From a phage: a stretch of 64,000 bases of DNA. Under the pieces are notes generated by a model, which saw only the letters and a program-made list of their open reading frames with translations, was not told the DNA's origin and did no database searches. Positions 57,381 to 64,000 of this stretch are shown one piece after another. Both the position numbers and the translations under genes were made by a program. The stretch lies in sequence record PZ452579.1; one strand, 5' to 3'. Within the stretch, counting starts at the first letter, position 1. Every line of letters begins with the position of its first letter.

Positions 57381-58202
57381 ATGTTTGGTTATTTTTACAA
57401 CTCGTCGTTCAGGCGATATATCACAATGATGGGCGATTTGTTTTCAAATATCCAAGTTAACCGTCAATTGTCTACAGGCAATAAATTAATTAGAGTTCCT
57501 ATTACGTATGCATCTAAAGAGCACTTTATGATGAAACTTAATAAATGGACCTCTATAAACTCACAAGAAGATGTGGCTAAAGTCGAAACTATTCTACCAC
57601 GTATAAATCTCCAAATGGTAGATTTCGTTTATAATCCGACTTTTAAAACGAATATATTGAATAACTCTCTTTTGAGTAAATCGACTAAGGATATTGTAGA
57701 CCAATACAACCCATCACCAATTAAAATGATTTTTGAACTGAGCATCTTTACTCGTTATGAAGATGATATGTTCCAAATCGTTGAGCAAATTATTCCATAT
57801 TTTCAGCCGCATTTTAATACGACTATGATTGAGCAGTATGGACAGGATATTCCATTTGAAAGGGATATTAAAGTCGTATGGATGGCAGCAGCAATGGATG
57901 AACAGATAGACGGTGATAATTTATCCCGTCGACGTTTAGAGTGGTCATTAACATTTGAAGTAAATGGATGGATGTATCCTCCGGTAGGCGCAGCTGAAGG
58001 CCTTATTAAAACGACTTATCTTGATTTTCATGCTAATGAACGAGACCTTCAAACAGCCGCCAGCGTTTTTGAATCAGTTGATACAGAAATTAAACCGAGA
58101 GACGTTGAAGCACAAGATTGGAATGGTGAAGTTGAACAAACTTATACTCACGATATTCCAATCCCGACTCCACCAACCCCTCCTGGTCCTAGAAAACAAT
58201 AA
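57381..58202 (+). CDS. 15: tail sheath stabilizer/terminator gp15
   Basis: MFGYFYNSSFRRY... matches recalled T4 gp15; second of two tandem ATGs. Confidence 0.9.
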   Translation: MFGYFYNSSFRRYITMMGDLFSNIQVNRQLSTGNKLIRVPITYASKEHFMMKLNKWTSINSQEDVAKVETILPRINLQMVDFVYNPTFKTNILNNSLLSKSTKDIVDQYNPSPIKMIFELSIFTRYEDDMFQIVEQIIPYFQPHFNTTMIEQYGQDIPFERDIKVVWMAAAMDEQIDGDNLSRRRLEWSLTFEVNGWMYPPVGAAEGLIKTTYLDFHANERDLQTAASVFESVDTEIKPRDVEAQDWNGEVEQTYTHDIPIPTPPTPPGPRKQ

Positions 58203-60528
<2,326 letters not shown>

Positions 60529-60555
60529 AAATAAAGCAAATTAAGAGGAATTAAA

Positions 60556-62538
60556 ATGGCACTTCTCTCTCCGGGCGTTGAGCTCAAAGAAACTACCGTA
60601 CAGAGTACGGTAGTTAATAACTCCACTGGTACTGCTGCCCTGGCTGGAAAATTCCAATGGGGACCTGCATTCCAGATTAAACAAATCACCGATGAAGTTG
60701 CGTTGGTTGATATGTTTGGTACTCCTAACACAGACACCGCAGATTATTTCATGTCTGCTATGAACTTCCTTCAATATGGTAATGATCTTCGTGTTGTACG
60801 CGCTGTTGATCGTGATACTGCTAAGAACTCATCTCCTGTGGCAGGAAACATTAATTTTACTATTTCTTCGGCTGGCACCAACTACAGAGTCGGTGATAAA
60901 GTTGTAGTTAAATATTCTACAGATATTATCGAACCAGACGGTGAAGTTACTTCAGTTGATTCTGACGGTAAAATTTTGAATATCTTTATTCCTTCAGGTA
61001 AAATTATCGCTAAAGCGAAAGAAATCGGCGAATATCCTGAATTAGGTTCAAACTGGACCGCAGAAATGTCTGGGTCTTCTTCTGGTCTGTCTGCAGTAAT
61101 TACTATTGATTCCGTTATAATGGATTCTGGTATTCTGTTGACTGAAGTTGAAACTTCAGAAGAAGCTATTACTTCTCTAACTTTCCAAGAATCTATTAAA
61201 AAATATGGTGTCCCAGGTGTAGTTGCTCTTTATCCAGGTGAACTTGGAGACCAGCTCGAAATTGAAATCGTATCTAAAGCAGACTATGACAAAGGTGCTT
61301 CAGCCCAGTTAAAAATTTATCCTGATGGTGGCACTCGTTATTCTACTGCTAAAGCAATCTTTGGGTACGGTCCACAGACTGATGACCAATATGCAATTAT
61401 CGTTCGTCGCAACGACGCGGTAGTCCAGAGCGTAGTTCTTTCTACTAAACGTGGTGAACGAGATATTTATGGTAGCAATATCTTCATTGATGATTTCTTT
61501 GCTAAAGGCGCAAGCAATTATATTTTCGCTACGGCGCAAGGTTGGCCAAAAGGTTTCTCTGGTGTAATCAAACTGAATGGTGGCTTATCATCTAATGAAA
61601 CGGTTGAAGCCGGTGATTTAATGGAAGCTTGGGATTTGTTTGCTGACCGTGAATCGGTTAATGCGCAGTTGTTTATTGCCGGTTCTTGTGCAGGTGAATC
61701 TTTAGAAGTTGCTTCTACAGTTCAGAAACATGTTGTAGCAATTGGTGATTCTCGTCAAGATTGCTTGGTTCTTTGCTCGCCTCCACGTGCAGCTGTAGTT
61801 GGTATTCCTGTTAATCGTGCAGTTGATAATCTGGTTGATTGGCGTACAGCGTCAGGAACTTACACTGATAATAACTTTAATATAAGTTCTACTTATGCTG
61901 CTATTGATGGTAACTATAAATATCAATATGACAAATATAACGATGTGAATCGTTGGGTTCCATTAGCTGCTGATATCGCCGGTCTTTGTGCTCGAACAGA
62001 CAATATTTCTCAGCCTTGGATGTCTCCAGCCGGTTATAACCGTGGACAAATTCTTAACGTTATTAAGCTTGCAATTGAAACTCGTCAAGCACAACGAGAT
62101 CGTTTGTATCAGGAAGCTATTAACCCTGTTACTGGTACCGGTGGTGATGGATATGTTCTGTATGGTGATAAAACTGCCACTTCTGTTCCTTCGCCATTTG
62201 ACCGTATTAACGTACGTCGTTTGTTTAACATGGTTAAAACGAACATTGGTTCGGCATCCAAATATCGCCTATTTGAATTGAACAACGCATTTACCCGTTC
62301 TTCTTTCCGTACAGAGACTTCTCAATATCTACAGGGTATTAAAGCTCTTGGTGGTGTATATAACTTTAAAGTTGTTTGTGATACTACCAATAACACCCCA
62401 GCAGTTATCGACCGTAATGAATTTGTAGCTACTTTCTACTTACAACCTGCCCGCTCGATAAATTATATTACGTTGAACTTTGTAGCAACAGCAACTGGCG
62501 CTGATTTCGACGAACTGATTGGTGCTGTAGGTGGCTAA
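60556..62538 (+). CDS. 18: tail sheath protein gp18
   Basis: 660 aa; T4 gp18 size and position. Confidence 0.95.
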   Translation: MALLSPGVELKETTVQSTVVNNSTGTAALAGKFQWGPAFQIKQITDEVALVDMFGTPNTDTADYFMSAMNFLQYGNDLRVVRAVDRDTAKNSSPVAGNINFTISSAGTNYRVGDKVVVKYSTDIIEPDGEVTSVDSDGKILNIFIPSGKIIAKAKEIGEYPELGSNWTAEMSGSSSGLSAVITIDSVIMDSGILLTEVETSEEAITSLTFQESIKKYGVPGVVALYPGELGDQLEIEIVSKADYDKGASAQLKIYPDGGTRYSTAKAIFGYGPQTDDQYAIIVRRNDAVVQSVVLSTKRGERDIYGSNIFIDDFFAKGASNYIFATAQGWPKGFSGVIKLNGGLSSNETVEAGDLMEAWDLFADRESVNAQLFIAGSCAGESLEVASTVQKHVVAIGDSRQDCLVLCSPPRAAVVGIPVNRAVDNLVDWRTASGTYTDNNFNISSTYAAIDGNYKYQYDKYNDVNRWVPLAADIAGLCARTDNISQPWMSPAGYNRGQILNVIKLAIETRQAQRDRLYQEAINPVTGTGGDGYVLYGDKTATSVPSPFDRINVRRLFNMVKTNIGSASKYRLFELNNAFTRSSFRTETSQYLQGIKALGGVYNFKVVCDTTNNTPAVIDRNEFVATFYLQPARSINYITLNFVATATGADFDELIGAVGG

Positions 62539-62549
62539 TAAGACGCCTG

Positions 62550-62571
62550 ATGGGCTATTTCGGTAGCCCAT
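62550..62571 (+). terminator. hairpin AUGGGCUA-n6-UAGCCCAU after gene 18
   Basis: Perfect 8-bp stem abutting the next late promoter. Confidence 0.5.
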
Positions 62572-62578
62572 ATAAATA
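62571..62578 (+). promoter_or_regulatory. T4-type late promoter TATAAATA (gene 19)
   Basis: TATAAATA 73 nt upstream of gene 19 ATG. Confidence 0.6.
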
Positions 62579-62650
62579 TACTATATCGTTTAAAAATTAA
62601 TTCTATGGGCATCCGGTTAATCCTAAGCCCATATTACTACAGAGGCTAAT

Positions 62651-63142
62651 ATGTTTGTAGATGACGTAACTCGTGCCTTCGAATCTGGTGATTTCGCTCG
62701 CCCTAACCTGTTCGAAGTAGAAATCTCTTATCTTGGGCAAAACTTTAGCTTCCAGTGTCGTGCTACTGCTCTTCCTGCTGCGATCGTTGAAAAGGTTCCT
62801 GTTTCTTATATGAACCGTAAAATTAACGTGGCCGGTGACCGTACATTCGATGATTGGACTATTACAGTAATGAACGACGATGCTCATAGTATTCGTCAGA
62901 AATTCGTTGATTGGCAAGGTATTGCAGCAGGACAAGGTAATGAAATTACCGGTGGTAAACCTGCTGAATATAAAAAGTCTGCTATCGTTCGTCAATTTGC
63001 TCGTGATGCTAAAACTGTCACTAAAGAAGTTGAAATTGTTGGCTTGTGGCCTACTAACGTTGGCGAAGTATCTCTTGACTGGGACAGCAATAACGAGATT
63101 GAAACGTTCGAAGTAACTCTTGCTCTTGATTGGTGGGAATAA
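62651..63142 (+). CDS. 19: tail tube protein gp19
   Basis: 163 aa, same length as T4 gp19. Confidence 0.95.
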   Translation: MFVDDVTRAFESGDFARPNLFEVEISYLGQNFSFQCRATALPAAIVEKVPVSYMNRKINVAGDRTFDDWTITVMNDDAHSIRQKFVDWQGIAAGQGNEITGGKPAEYKKSAIVRQFARDAKTVTKEVEIVGLWPTNVGEVSLDWDSNNEIETFEVTLALDWWE

Positions 63143-63149
63143 TCTTGTT

Positions 63150-63163
63150 GGGGAGAAATCCCC
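63150..63163 (+). terminator. hairpin GGGGA-GAAA-UCCCC after gene 19
   Basis: GNRA tetraloop hairpin 8 nt after stop. Confidence 0.45.
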
Positions 63164-63190
63164 AGCTTCCCGTGATGACGGAGAAGTCCA

Positions 63191-63198
63191 TATAAATA
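63191..63198 (+). promoter_or_regulatory. T4-type late promoter TATAAATA (gene 20)
   Basis: 29 nt upstream of gene 20 ATG. Confidence 0.65.
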
Positions 63199-63226
63199 TA
63201 ACTATAATTCCCATTCGGAGAATACA

Positions 63227-64000
63227 ATGAAATTTAATATCTTAAGTTTGTTTGCTCCATGGGCAAAAATGGACGAACGTGATTACAAAGACCAAGAAAA
63301 AGAAAATTTAGAATCGATCACCTCACCAAAATTAGACGACGGCGCTAAAGAATACGAAGTATCTGAAAATGAAGCACAGCAAACATATAATGCTATGTTT
63401 CAGAGAATGTTCGGTAGCCAAGAACCAGGGCTCAAATCAACGCGTGAATTAATCGATACGTATCGAAATTTGATGACGAACTATGAAGTGGATAATGCAG
63501 TCTCTGAAATAGTTTCCGATGCTATCGTATATGAAGATGATACAGAAGTCGTTTCTATAAATTTAGACAACACAAAATTTAGTCCAAATATCAAATCAAT
63601 GATGTTGGATGAATTTAACGAAGTGTTAAATCATTTATCTTTCCAACGTAAAGGTTCAGATCATTTTAGACGTTGGTATGTGGATTCTCGAATTTTCTTC
63701 CATAAAATTATTGACCCTAAACGCCCTAAAGAAGGTATTAAAGAGCTTCGTCGTTTAGACCCACGTCAAGTTCAATATGTCCGTGAAGTTATTACAACCA
63801 CTGAAGCCGGTGTTAAAATAGTCAAGGGTTATAAAGAATATTTCATTTATGACACATCACACGAATCTTATGCTTGTGATGGTCGCATATATGAAGCTGG
63901 CACAAAAATAAAAATCCCTAAAGCCGCGATTGTTTATGCCCATTCTGGTTTAGTTGATTGTTGTGGTAAAAATATCATTGGTTATTTGCATCGGGCTATT
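63227..64000 (+). CDS. 20: portal vertex protein gp20 (3'-truncated by window end)
   Basis: [25 protein letters not shown]... matches recalled T4 gp20 N-terminus. Confidence 0.9.
   Translation, partial: MKFNILSLFAPWAKMDERDYKDQEKENLESITSPKLDDGAKEYEVSENEAQQTYNAMFQRMFGSQEPGLKSTRELIDTYRNLMTNYEVDNAVSEIVSDAIVYEDDTEVVSINLDNTKFSPNIKSMMLDEFNEVLNHLSFQRKGSDHFRRWYVDSRIFFHKIIDPKRPKEGIKELRRLDPRQVQYVREVITTTEAGVKIVKGYKEYFIYDTSHESYACDGRIYEAGTKIKIPKAAIVYAHSGLVDCCGKNIIGYLHRAI

Overview
This window is a segment of a T4-like (Tevenvirinae) myovirus genome, read by eye with no database search; identities rest on recalled T4 protein sequences and visible motifs. Roughly 1-40 kb is a minus-strand early/middle region in T4 gene order: 55, an NrdH-like glutaredoxin, nrdG, nrdD (no intron), 49, nrdC, a variable accessory block, rI, tk, regB, a GrcA-like gene, an internal-protein/denV/e block, a second accessory block, two tRNAs, ipI-like genes, 57B/57A, 1, 3, 2, 4. 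About 20 repeated early-promoter cassettes (PeSL-like, -35 GTTTAC / -10 TATAGT-like inside an inverted repeat) and several hairpin terminators punctuate it. Roughly 40-64 kb is the plus-strand late structural module (53, 5, 5.1, 5.4, 6-12, wac, 13-20, gene 20 truncated by the window end) with TATAAATA late promoters. The most notable observations are seven genes carrying the T4 capsid-targeting leader MKTYxEF(I/L)xE, two tandem paralog triplets (one with an invariant C-terminal Cys tail), two nucleotidyltransferase-fold genes (one coupled to a membrane protein), a macro-domain gene, and a GrcA-like gene with a host-like 3' half. No CRISPR array, transposon, intron or homing endonuclease was recognised. 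Many short-ORF starts are uncertain; the ORF track translates some GTG/TTG codons as M and starts were moved to the first ATG with a Shine-Dalgarno where evident.
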